Below, one piece after another: positions 54,799-63,230 of a stretch of DNA of 64,000 nucleotides. This stretch comes from Thermoanaerobaculia bacterium (GTDB lineage: Bacteria; Acidobacteriota; Thermoanaerobaculia; UBA5066; Gp7-AA6). Below the pieces are notes generated by a model, which saw nothing but the letters and a program-made list of their open reading frames with translations, searched no databases and was not told the origin of the DNA. A program made the translations under genes and the position numbers. Within the stretch, counting starts at the first letter, position 1; every line of letters begins with the position of its first letter. The DNA lies in assembly GCA_036406835.1 (NCBI GenBank), contig DASXAG010000120.1, positions 13,520 through 77,519 on the forward strand, given 5' to 3'.

Positions 54799-55716
54799 CT
54801 ACTTGAGCTCGACCTCGTCTCCGACTTCGATCAGGCGGTTGGCGTCGGTGACCCGCGCGGTCGCCCAGCGGTCGCCGACCGAGAGGATCGCGAGCTCGCC
54901 GAGGTAGGTCCGCGGGATCTGGACGCCCTCGGGCGGCGGGAGGTTGACCCAGTAGGTTCCCTGCGGCTTGATGCCGTACTCGAACCCGTAGTTGTAGCGG
55001 TAGATCGTCAGGAAGTCTCCGGGCTGGAGGCCCTCCGCGAGACCCATGTCGACCAGAACGTCGGTGTCCGTCCCGATCTGGTACACGCCGTCGCGGGTGT
55101 AGACGATGCGTCCCTGGGCCTTTCCGCTCGGCGGATCGCAGGCCACCGCCGGCGCGGACTTGCGGCCCAGGGGAATCGGGATCGGCTCATAGGCCTTGAG
55201 GTACGAGCCCATCGGGATGTCCGTGCAGGCGTGGGTCACCCGGACCGTCGCCGTGTGGGCCTCGACGCACAGGACGACCGCCCGGCCGCGGTAGTCGTAG
55301 AAGCGGCCGAGGTCCTTGCCCGAGGCCGGGTGGAGAACCTCGTCGCCCGGTGTCACGAGCCAGAACTCGTCGCCGGGCTTCAGGCCCCGGTCCGCGCCCG
55401 CGTCCAGATAGAGCAGGTTGTTCGTGGTGAAGTCGGTCTGCTCGGAGACTTCCTGCGCTCCGATGACCGTCGCCGAGAAGGGCTCGCTGCTGGCCCCCAG
55501 ATAGCCGAAGCAGGCGACCTCGGCCTCGGACCCCAGGGGCTGAGGCGCGGCCTCCGTCGTCTGGGGAGCGGTCGCCTCGATCCGAGTGATCGTCTCCTGC
55601 GACTGGGCGGTGACCTGTCCTCCCGCCAGCTCCGGCTGCTGAGCGAGGGCGATCGGGGCCGCAGCGATTGCGGCGATCAAGGACAACTCTGCGGCAAAGC
55701 GAGCGGGGAGACGCAT
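54799..55716 (-). CDS. secreted hypothetical protein
   Basis: Signal peptide MRLPARFAAELSLIAAIAAAPIALA. 305 aa with ordinary composition. Last gene of the PASTA-rpe-bamD operon. Confidence 0.6.
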   Translation of the reverse strand: MRLPARFAAELSLIAAIAAAPIALAQQPELAGGQVTAQSQETITRIEATAPQTTEAAPQPLGSEAEVACFGYLGASSEPFSATVIGAQEVSEQTDFTTNNLLYLDAGADRGLKPGDEFWLVTPGDEVLHPASGKDLGRFYDYRGRAVVLCVEAHTATVRVTHACTDIPMGSYLKAYEPIPIPLGRKSAPAVACDPPSGKAQGRIVYTRDGVYQIGTDTDVLVDMGLAEGLQPGDFLTIYRYNYGFEYGIKPQGTYWVNLPPPEGVQIPRTYLGELAILSVGDRWATARVTDANRLIEVGDEVELK

Positions 55717-55762
55717 GGCGACTCCTTAAAAGTTACGGCTTACGTGGATTCTAGCCTAAAAC

Positions 55763-56620
55763 TTACTGGCTTTGCGGCTTCGTGTCAACAGTTACGGCTG
55801 TTTCCGGGGGTTTTTCCCCTTCTTTTGCCGCCGGCGGGAGCTTCACCTTCCGGGCGTAGTCGCTCTTGGGAAACTCCTGAACGAGCTTGCCATAGTAGGT
55901 CTGCGCCTCGTCGTTGCGGCCGAGCCGCTGGAGCGCCTTGGCGTGGTAGTAGTAGAGCTTGTCCTTCGACCCGTAATCCGGGTAGCGCTGCTCGAGCGTG
56001 GTAAAGCGCCCGAGGGCCGACGCGGTCGCCCCCTTGCGGTAGTAGAAGTAGCCGACGCCGAAGTCGTGCTCCGCCAGGAGGTCCGTCAGCTGGCGGATCC
56101 GCTCACGGCCGGCGCCCGCGTACCCGGAGTCGGGGAACTCGCGGATGAGGTTGCGATACTGGTCGATCGCCTCGCGCGTCGCCGTCTGGTCCCGATCCGG
56201 CTTCTCGTGCTCCATGTCGTAGCAGAGGGCGAACTGGTAGCGGGCGTAGTCGCGCTTGGGCGCCCCGGGATAGCGGTTGAGATAGTCCCGGTAGCGGTAC
56301 CGCGCCTCGGTGAAGTTCTTCGTGCTCTTCTGTTTCAGGTACGAGTCCGCGACCATGAGGAGGGCCTCGCGGCCCATCGTCTCGTTCGGGTAGGTCTCGA
56401 AGACGTGATTCAAATACTTCCGCCCGTCCTCGTACTTCCCCTTCGCGATCAGGGCCTTCCCCTTCTCGAAGAGGACCTCCTTGGGCTCGGACAGCAGCTC
56501 CGTCGTCAGCTTGTCCGGTTTCTTGGACCCCTTGGAGGACGCGCAGGCCGCCGCAAGGAGCACGACCAGACCGATCGCCGCCCGGAGAGGGGTCCCGGCT
56601 CGAAACCTCATGCAGCTCAC
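55763..56620 (-). CDS. bamD: outer membrane protein assembly factor BamD
   Basis: Lipobox LLAAAC, TPR-like YfiO motifs (ALLMVADSYLKQK..., YARYQFALCY, YYYHAKALQRLGRNDEA). Confidence 0.9.
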   Translation of the reverse strand: MSCMRFRAGTPLRAAIGLVVLLAAACASSKGSKKPDKLTTELLSEPKEVLFEKGKALIAKGKYEDGRKYLNHVFETYPNETMGREALLMVADSYLKQKSTKNFTEARYRYRDYLNRYPGAPKRDYARYQFALCYDMEHEKPDRDQTATREAIDQYRNLIREFPDSGYAGAGRERIRQLTDLLAEHDFGVGYFYYRKGATASALGRFTTLEQRYPDYGSKDKLYYYHAKALQRLGRNDEAQTYYGKLVQEFPKSDYARKVKLPPAAKEGEKPPETAVTVDTKPQSQ

Positions 56621-57288
56621 GCGCGAACGCTAACGCTGGCCGCTTCCCGCAGCTTCCCTATTGCGGCGGCTGGATCGGCCGTGCCGTAGACCGAGGTTCC
56701 GGCCACCAGGATGCCGGCCCCGGCCGCGCCGAGATGACCCGCGTTTTCGACGGTGACGCCCCCGTCGACCTCGATGGCGAGGCGCGAGCCCGCCGCCAGA
56801 GCCTCGTCGTGGAGCCGGCGGACCTTCGCGACCGAGGAGGGGATGAAGGGCTGCCCGCCCCAGCCGGGATTGACCGACATCACGACGGCGTAGTCCAGAT
56901 TCCCCCAGGCCTCCGACAGCGCCAGGGTCGGGGTGGCGGGGTTGATGGCCGCGCCTGCCCGCGCCCCTCCCCTGCGGATCGCGTCCAGGCAGCGGTGGAG
57001 GTGATGGGTCGCCTCGACGTGGACCGAGACCCATTGCGCGCCCGTATCGAGGTACTCGGCCAGCGTCCTCTCGGGCTGCTCGATCATGAGGTGCAGATCG
57101 AGGGGCAGCCGCGTCGCGCGGCGCAGCGCCCGGACCACCGGAGGGCCGATCGTCAGGGTCGGGACGAAGTGGCCGTCCATCACGTCGACGTGAACGAGGT
57201 CCGCGCCTCCCGCCTCGGCGACGGCGAGCGCGTCCGCGAGGCGCGCGAAGTCCGCGGCCAGCAGGGACGGCGCGATGCGCACGCTCAC
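56617..57288 (-). CDS. rpe: ribulose-phosphate 3-epimerase
   Basis: IAPSLLAADF, HVDVMDGHFVP, MSVNPGWGGQPF, VDGGV. Confidence 0.95.
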   Translation of the reverse strand: MSVRIAPSLLAADFARLADALAVAEAGGADLVHVDVMDGHFVPTLTIGPPVVRALRRATRLPLDLHLMIEQPERTLAEYLDTGAQWVSVHVEATHHLHRCLDAIRRGGARAGAAINPATPTLALSEAWGNLDYAVVMSVNPGWGGQPFIPSSVAKVRRLHDEALAAGSRLAIEVDGGVTVENAGHLGAAGAGILVAGTSVYGTADPAAAIGKLREAASVSVRA

Positions 57289-58028
57289 GAGTGCGGAGCC
57301 CCGGCCGCGTCGGGCGGTCGAGAGACCGTCAGCGAGACGACCTCCTTATTGGACAGCGGGTAGCCGGCCGGCGGGAATTGCTTCAGGATCGTGTCCGGCG
57401 CGACTCCGTCGTAGGCCTCGACCCGCGCGCTGCCCACCCGAAAGCCGAACTTCTCGAGGTGCGCCTTGACCGCCTGCGCGTTCTTGCCGACGAAATCGGG
57501 CATCAGGATCCGCAGGTCCGCCGGTCCGCGGCTCATGAGGACGCGCACCGCCCCGCCGCGGTTCGCCGGGACGTCGGGCTCGGGGTCCTGCGCGAGGATG
57601 CCCGGCGGCGCGGAGGGGTCCCGGTACCAGGACACCGTGCCGAGCTGCAGCGATTCCCGGGCGAGCTTGAGCGCCGCCGCGCGCGGCGCGAGACCGTTCA
57701 GGTCGGGAACGCGCAGCTCCCGCGGTCCGAGGGAGAGGACGACGCGGATCGCCTGCGCCGGCTTCGCGAGGGAACCCGCCTCGGGCTGCTGCAAGAGCAC
57801 CCGCCCGCGGGGAACCTTCTCGTCGTAGCGCGCCCGGGACTCCTGCTGCTCGATCTGGAGGCCGGCGTCGAGCGCGGCGCGCAGGGCCTCGTCGGGCGTC
57901 TTCCCCGTCAGATCGGGGACGTTCACGGAGCGGCCCACGATCGAACGGCGAAACCCGAACCACACGGCGCCCAGGAAAACAGCCACCAGGAGCGCCCCGT
58001 AGAGGATCCTGAAGACGACGCGGATCAC
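57285..58028 (-). CDS. membrane-anchored PASTA-domain protein (three PASTA repeats, no kinase or PBP domain)
   Basis: N-terminal TM LYGALLVAVFLGAVWFGF, then three units V.VPD..G........L...G (VPDLTGKTPDEA, VPDLNGLAPRAA, MPDFVGKNAQAV). GTG start. Confidence 0.85.
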   Translation of the reverse strand: MIRVVFRILYGALLVAVFLGAVWFGFRRSIVGRSVNVPDLTGKTPDEALRAALDAGLQIEQQESRARYDEKVPRGRVLLQQPEAGSLAKPAQAIRVVLSLGPRELRVPDLNGLAPRAAALKLARESLQLGTVSWYRDPSAPPGILAQDPEPDVPANRGGAVRVLMSRGPADLRILMPDFVGKNAQAVKAHLEKFGFRVGSARVEAYDGVAPDTILKQFPPAGYPLSNKEVVSLTVSRPPDAAGAPHS

Positions 58029-58047
58029 AGCGGGACGTTAACACGGG

Positions 58048-59073
58048 ATGGTACCCTCGAAGGGTCAGAGGGGGTTCGACCCGGTGTCTTCGCGAAGGGA
58101 AATCGAGCCGGAACAGCCGAGCTGGTTCGCCGATCAGCGATTCAAGAAGGCGGACCTGCATTGCCATTCCGTCTTCTCGACGTTCAAGTACTTCCGCATC
58201 GCCAACACCCGCGATTCCTACAACCGGCCCGAGGAGGTCTATCGGCTGGCCAAGGAGCGCGGGATGGACTTCGTGACGATCACCGACCACGACTCCATCG
58301 ACGGCTGCCTCTCGCTGCTCAACCGCAATCCGGACCTGCCGGACTTCTTCATCTCGGAGGAGGTCGAGACGTGGTTTCCGGAGACGCGGCAGCGCATCCA
58401 CGTCAACGTCTTCGACATCGACGAGAAGCAGCACGAGGAGATCTCCCGGCTGCGGATGAACATCTACGACCTCCACGAGTACATCCGGCAGGAGAACATC
58501 ATCGCGTCGGCCAACCACATGTTCCAGAACTACCGCATGCGCAACTCCCCCCGGCGCTACTTCGAGGAGATGCTGCGCATGTTCGACATCTTCGAGGTCA
58601 AGAACGGCGCCATGACCGCGCACCACAACCGGCTCGTCGAGGACCTCATGGCCGTCGTCCGCGAGAAGCGCGGCGCCGTGTCGCTCGTCGCGGGTTCCGA
58701 CGCCCACACCCTCGCGCCGCTCGCCCGGGTCTACACGGTCGCCGAGGCCAAGACGGTGTCGGAGTTCCTGTCCAAGATCCGCACGGGCGCGTGCTTCGTG
58801 TGGGGCAACGAGATGGGATTCCGCATGCTCCTCTCGGACGTCTACCGGATGGTCTTCCGCTACTACGGCAGCGTCCTCGACTGGAAGAACCCGGAGTTCA
58901 CCGGCGCCGAGAAGGCCCGGCATCTCGCGCTGGCCGCGTTCGGCGCGCCGTTCTCGGCCGCGGGAGTGCCGCTCGCGATCACCACGCTCAACTACCTCAA
59001 GCAGATCTTCGTGACCAAGACCGTGGGGCAGGAGCTCCTCGAGCACTGGGGAAGCGAGGAGAAGCCATCCTGA
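58048..59073 (+). CDS. PHP (polymerase/histidinol phosphatase) domain metal-dependent phosphoesterase
   Basis: ADLHCHSVFS, FVTITDHDSIDG, IHVNVFD, GSDAHT. Confidence 0.8.
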   Translation: MVPSKGQRGFDPVSSRREIEPEQPSWFADQRFKKADLHCHSVFSTFKYFRIANTRDSYNRPEEVYRLAKERGMDFVTITDHDSIDGCLSLLNRNPDLPDFFISEEVETWFPETRQRIHVNVFDIDEKQHEEISRLRMNIYDLHEYIRQENIIASANHMFQNYRMRNSPRRYFEEMLRMFDIFEVKNGAMTAHHNRLVEDLMAVVREKRGAVSLVAGSDAHTLAPLARVYTVAEAKTVSEFLSKIRTGACFVWGNEMGFRMLLSDVYRMVFRYYGSVLDWKNPEFTGAEKARHLALAAFGAPFSAAGVPLAITTLNYLKQIFVTKTVGQELLEHWGSEEKPS

Positions 59074-59080
59074 GGAGAAG

Positions 59081-59108
59081 CGGTCCTCGGTAGCCCGTAG
59101 TCGGTAGA
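59081..59108 (+). repeat. direct heptad array 4 x (CGGTnnn / CsGTAGn) after the PHP gene stop
   Basis: cggtcct, cggtagc, ccgtagt, cggtaga. TAG at 59091, 59098, 59105 (all three frames). The last TAG is part of TAGAAT. Confidence 0.5.
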
Positions 59109-59110
59109 AT
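59105..59110 (+). promoter_or_regulatory. candidate -10 box TAGAAT, 9 nt upstream of TTG 59120
   Basis: ggtagaatcccc at 59103-59114 is also seen at 31507-31518. Confidence 0.35.
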
Positions 59111-59119
59111 CCCCGCAAG

Positions 59120-59530
59120 TTGTCGCATCGCGCGTCGATTCCTCTCGTCGGCTCCGCGATCCTCGCGGCGTGCGCCGTCGCGAGCCTGCCCTTCACCCGC
59201 ATCGCGTCGAACGGCTGGCGGCTGCCGAGAACGCCCTTCGACGCGAGCGCCTCCGGCAACGACGTCGCCTCCGGCTATTTCCTGCTGCGGCGCGCCGAGG
59301 CGCTCCTCCCGAGAGGCGCCTCGGTGTCGATCCGGACCGAGCCGCCGGACCCGACGCGGAACGCCTACCTCCAACGCTTCGGCGTCGCGCTCCTGCCCGA
59401 CGCGCGCATCGTGCCCGCCGAGACCGCGGCGCCCGAGTTCGTCGTCGTCGTCGGGGCGAGGCCGGACCCGGCGCCGGGCGAGCTTCTCCTCGAGCTGCCG
59501 GAGGGCAGCGTCTGGCGGAGGCGCCCTTGA
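59120..59530 (+). CDS. membrane-anchored hypothetical protein
   Basis: TTG start, N-terminal TM IPLVGSAILAACAVASLPF. Stop overlaps the next gene's start (TTGA). Confidence 0.5.
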   Translation: MSHRASIPLVGSAILAACAVASLPFTRIASNGWRLPRTPFDASASGNDVASGYFLLRRAEALLPRGASVSIRTEPPDPTRNAYLQRFGVALLPDARIVPAETAAPEFVVVVGARPDPAPGELLLELPEGSVWRRRP

Positions 59531-60867
59531 GGACCGCCGGCCTCGTCTGGCTCGCGAGCACGCTCCTCCTCGCGCTGCCCGGGGCGCCGCTTCTCGCGCA
59601 CCGCGCGTTCGGGCGGATCCCCGCGGCCGGACGCGCGCTCCTGGCCGGAGCCGCCGGCGCGGCTCTGACCTCGTTCACGATGACGGCGTTCGCGCTGTGC
59701 GGCGTCCCGTGGAGCGTTCCGGGAGTCCTCGGGACGGCGATCCTCCTGGGATTTCTCCTTCGCCCGGCTCTTCGCGCCGGCGGCGGCGATCTCCCCGTTT
59801 CCCTCACACCCGGTCCCCGGAACCGGATCGCCGCGGCGGCGGGCTTCGTGGCCGCGATCGCGGTCGTCGCGGCGCTCCTCGCCACCGCCGCGGGCGCCGC
59901 CTCCTCGCCCGACCTGGTGTTCTTCTGGGGACCCAAGGCGCAGCGGTTCGCGCTCGCGCGCACCGTGGACGCCGTCTACCTCGCCGATCCCGCGCTCCGC
60001 TACATGCACGCGTACTATCCGCCCCTCGTCACCAACCTCTACGCGCTCGCGTCGATGGCGGCGGGCCGCATGGCGTGGACCGCGGCGACGCTCCTCTTTC
60101 CGGCGCTGCTCGCGGCGCTGGGGATCGGGCTGCCGGGGATCCTGCGGACGCTTGCCGGGGCGCGGCCCGCCGCCGCGGCCTCGGCGTCGGCGCTCGCGAT
60201 CGCCGCCCTCGCGTACGTCGGGATGGAGGCCGACGTCGGCGGCAACGCCGAGATGCCGCTCCTCGTGTTCGAGACGCTCGCGATCGCCGTGCTGCTCTCG
60301 CCGCTCTCGCTCGCGCCCGCGGGTCAGCTGCTCTCCGGGATCCTCCTCGCGGGCGCCGTGACCGCCAAGGTCGAGGGACTCCCGTTCGCGCTGACCGCGA
60401 TCGCGGTGTTCCCGTGGGCCCGCCGGCGGGAGATCCGCCCCGCGTCCGTCCTCCTGCGCCTCGCCGGGCCTCCCGCCGTCTCGCTCCTCGCGTGGTTCGC
60501 GTTCGGGGAGAAGACGCATCTTTTTCGGGGCTACTCCGGCGAGGGGCCGCTTCTCGCGCTCCATCCCGAGCACCTCGGCGCCGTCGCGCGCGCCATGGCG
60601 TCCGCCCTCGCCGCGACCGGCCACGCGCTCCCCTGGCTGGTCCCGTTCGCCTGCCTCCTCGCGGTCGCCGGGCGCCTGGGGCGGGACGCGGCGCTGCCGC
60701 TCGTCACGGCGGCGGGCCTCGCGGCGTTCCTTCTCTTCACGTACCTCGACCGGCCGGGGGATCCGTCCCAGTGGATCGCGTGGTCGGCGCCCCGTGTCTT
60801 CTCGCCGCTGCCGATGCTCTTCGCGCTCGCCGCGCTGACGGCGCGCGACCGCGTCTCAGACGGCTGA
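59527..60867 (+). CDS. polytopic integral membrane protein (possible GT-C-type glycosyltransferase or polymerase)
   Basis: About 446 aa with 10 or more hydrophobic segments. TTG start coupled to the upstream ORF. The functional class is inferred only from topology and neighbours. Confidence 0.6.
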   Translation: MRTAGLVWLASTLLLALPGAPLLAHRAFGRIPAAGRALLAGAAGAALTSFTMTAFALCGVPWSVPGVLGTAILLGFLLRPALRAGGGDLPVSLTPGPRNRIAAAAGFVAAIAVVAALLATAAGAASSPDLVFFWGPKAQRFALARTVDAVYLADPALRYMHAYYPPLVTNLYALASMAAGRMAWTAATLLFPALLAALGIGLPGILRTLAGARPAAAASASALAIAALAYVGMEADVGGNAEMPLLVFETLAIAVLLSPLSLAPAGQLLSGILLAGAVTAKVEGLPFALTAIAVFPWARRREIRPASVLLRLAGPPAVSLLAWFAFGEKTHLFRGYSGEGPLLALHPEHLGAVARAMASALAATGHALPWLVPFACLLAVAGRLGRDAALPLVTAAGLAAFLLFTYLDRPGDPSQWIAWSAPRVFSPLPMLFALAALTARDRVSDG

Positions 60868-63222
60868 CGCGCGCGGTCTTCGCCGGAGCAGCGCGACGGC
60901 GGCGAGCAGCGTCGCGCCGGAGATCCAGAGGCCCAGGCGCACCGAGTCGGGGAAGTACCGCAGCGCGACGCGGTGCCTCCCCGCGGGGACGCGCACGCCG
61001 AGGAAGGCGTGGTTGAAGCCGACGAGCGGGACCGCGCGGCCGTCGAGCGCCGCCTTCCAGCCCGGCCACGCCGGGATGGACGTCCCGACGAGCAGGCCGT
61101 CGCGCGCCTCCACGTCGAGCGCGATCGACTGAGCCCCGTAGGAGGCGATGCGGAGGTCGCCCTCGCCGTTCGCGCGCCAGGTCTCCTCGGCGGCCGCGGG
61201 CGCGGGCTCGTCGACGACGCCGTCGTCGCCGAAGTCGGCGATCGCGCGCAGCAGCGCGAGCCGCTTCCCGGGGTCCGCCTCGGCGCGTATCCGGCGCGGG
61301 ACGAACGCGCGCGGCAGCGCACGGGGGTTCTCGAGCAGCCGCAGCCCGTCTCCCTCGCCGCGCACCGGCCAGCCGGGCGGCGGCGCGTGCGCGAGCGGGG
61401 CGAGCACCCAGCGGACGTTCAGGAAGGCGAGGAACGGGAGCGTGGGGTCGTCGATGCGGTTGAACCAGACGGGTTGGGGAACGCACCACAGCGGGAACGT
61501 GTCGACGAGGTCGTGCAGCGTCATCGCCTCGTAGCCGCGGGCGTCCTCGATCCCGTAGTACGCGGCTTCGTTGGGGATGAGGTTGTAGGAGAGACCGACG
61601 GTCCTGTACGGCTCGCCGCGCGGGATCCGCGAGAGAACGGAGAGCGGCGGGTAGAAGGCGCGGGACGGCAGCGTCGGATACACGTCCGCCGCCTCGAGAG
61701 TCCGCTCGGCCGCGAAGAGCGCGACGAGGGCGACGAGGCCGCCTCGCGCGAGCCGACGCCGCGGAAGCGCGGCGACGAGCAACCCCCCGAGCGCCAGCGG
61801 AACGATCTGCAGGTTGAAGCGCAGCCGCCGGTACTCGGCGGTCATCCCGAGGATCTCCATCGAACGCCGGTAGTGCACGTGGAGGCCCCACACCAGGAGC
61901 ATGGACAGCGCGGCCCCCGCGAGGAACGCCGGCGCGCCCTCGCCGTCGTGCAGGCGGTTCGCGCCCAGCGCCGCGAGCGTGCAGGCGGCCAGGCTGGCCC
62001 AGAAGACGATCCGGTCGTTGAGCGCGATGTCGAAGAGCGGGAGCCACGCGATCGCCTGCGCCAGGAACGTGCGCGTGGTGATGGCGAGGCCCGCGAGAAA
62101 GAGCAACACGAAGAACCCGCGCTCCCGTCCACGGGCGAAGAGTCCGGTCACGACGAAGGGAAACAGGAGCGCCCCGGCGTACGCGCTCGCCTCGGGGTAG
62201 CGGGGCCGCATGTTCCCGTGGCCGACGACGCCCACCGCGTAGGGCGCCGCGTGCGGCACGAGGCGTTCGACGCTCTCGGCCACCGGCGCGGCGCGCGGCT
62301 GTTTGGCGTACCAGGCCTTCCGCGCGGGGTGCTCGGCGCTGTGCGGGAGCGCCTCCATCAGCGGCAGCAGCTGGAGCGCCGAGAGGCCGGCCGCGAAGAC
62401 TCCGGCCGCCGCCGCCGCGCCGAGGGCCCGCACGCGCGTCCCGCGGCGCGCGCCCGCGAGCTCGAAGAGGAAGTACGCGCCGGCGGGCGCCACCGCGTGC
62501 AGGAGCGTCTCGGGATGCCCCGCCGTCGCGAGGGCGAGGAATCCGACGACGGCGATCGTCGCCGACCGGCGGCCCGGCGCCCGGGCGAGACGCCGCACGC
62601 CCAGCAGGAGAAGCGGAAACGGCGCGGCCGTCGTCCCCTGCGGATAGCCGAGGAAGAAGACGAGGTAATCGCAGAAGCCCCATCCCAGGCCGCCCAGGAG
62701 CGCCGCCGGCGCCGCGCACCCGAGATCCCGGAAGAAGAGGTACGCGGCGAGGATCGCGAGCAGGATCTTGAACGACATCTCGAACGTCCACGCCTGCGGC
62801 GACGGCAGGAGGAGACCGATCCACGTCGCGGGATGCAGGATCGCCGCCTGCTGGACCGCGTGGAGCGGCTCGCCGCCCAGCACCGACGGGTTCCAGAGCG
62901 GCAGCCGGCCCTCGAGGATCGCGCGCCGCGCGGCCTCGCGCCACGGGATCTCCAGGTAGACGACGTCGACCAGCGCCGGCATGTGGTCGGGCGGGATGCC
63001 GAGCTCGGACCGGTGAGGCGTGAACGGCGCGGCGTCGTAGAGGATGTCGATCGGCCCGTAGACCGCGCCCGTCAGGGTCGCGCGGCCGGTGAAGAGCCAG
63101 GGCGCGAGCGCGATCGCGGCCGCCACCCGGCGGGGAATCGGCGTAACGAACCGGTTCGCGGCGAGCAGGAGCAGCGCGGCCGCGCCCCCGTACACGGCGA
63201 CCGAACGCAGGATCAGGAGCAC
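60856..63222 (-). CDS. YfhO-family membrane protein (GT-C-fold glycosyltransferase family)
   Basis: Many TM segments, then a large C-terminal soluble domain and a final TM (...LRYFPDSVRLGLWISGATLLAAVALLRRR). GTG 63222 is proposed. The upstream 209 aa of the track ORF are Arg-rich and overlap the neighbouring gene. Confidence 0.8.
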   Translation of the reverse strand: MLLILRSVAVYGGAAALLLLAANRFVTPIPRRVAAAIALAPWLFTGRATLTGAVYGPIDILYDAAPFTPHRSELGIPPDHMPALVDVVYLEIPWREAARRAILEGRLPLWNPSVLGGEPLHAVQQAAILHPATWIGLLLPSPQAWTFEMSFKILLAILAAYLFFRDLGCAAPAALLGGLGWGFCDYLVFFLGYPQGTTAAPFPLLLLGVRRLARAPGRRSATIAVVGFLALATAGHPETLLHAVAPAGAYFLFELAGARRGTRVRALGAAAAAGVFAAGLSALQLLPLMEALPHSAEHPARKAWYAKQPRAAPVAESVERLVPHAAPYAVGVVGHGNMRPRYPEASAYAGALLFPFVVTGLFARGRERGFFVLLFLAGLAITTRTFLAQAIAWLPLFDIALNDRIVFWASLAACTLAALGANRLHDGEGAPAFLAGAALSMLLVWGLHVHYRRSMEILGMTAEYRRLRFNLQIVPLALGGLLVAALPRRRLARGGLVALVALFAAERTLEAADVYPTLPSRAFYPPLSVLSRIPRGEPYRTVGLSYNLIPNEAAYYGIEDARGYEAMTLHDLVDTFPLWCVPQPVWFNRIDDPTLPFLAFLNVRWVLAPLAHAPPPGWPVRGEGDGLRLLENPRALPRAFVPRRIRAEADPGKRLALLRAIADFGDDGVVDEPAPAAAEETWRANGEGDLRIASYGAQSIALDVEARDGLLVGTSIPAWPGWKAALDGRAVPLVGFNHAFLGVRVPAGRHRVALRYFPDSVRLGLWISGATLLAAVALLRRRPRASAV

Positions 63223-63230
63223 TGGATGAC

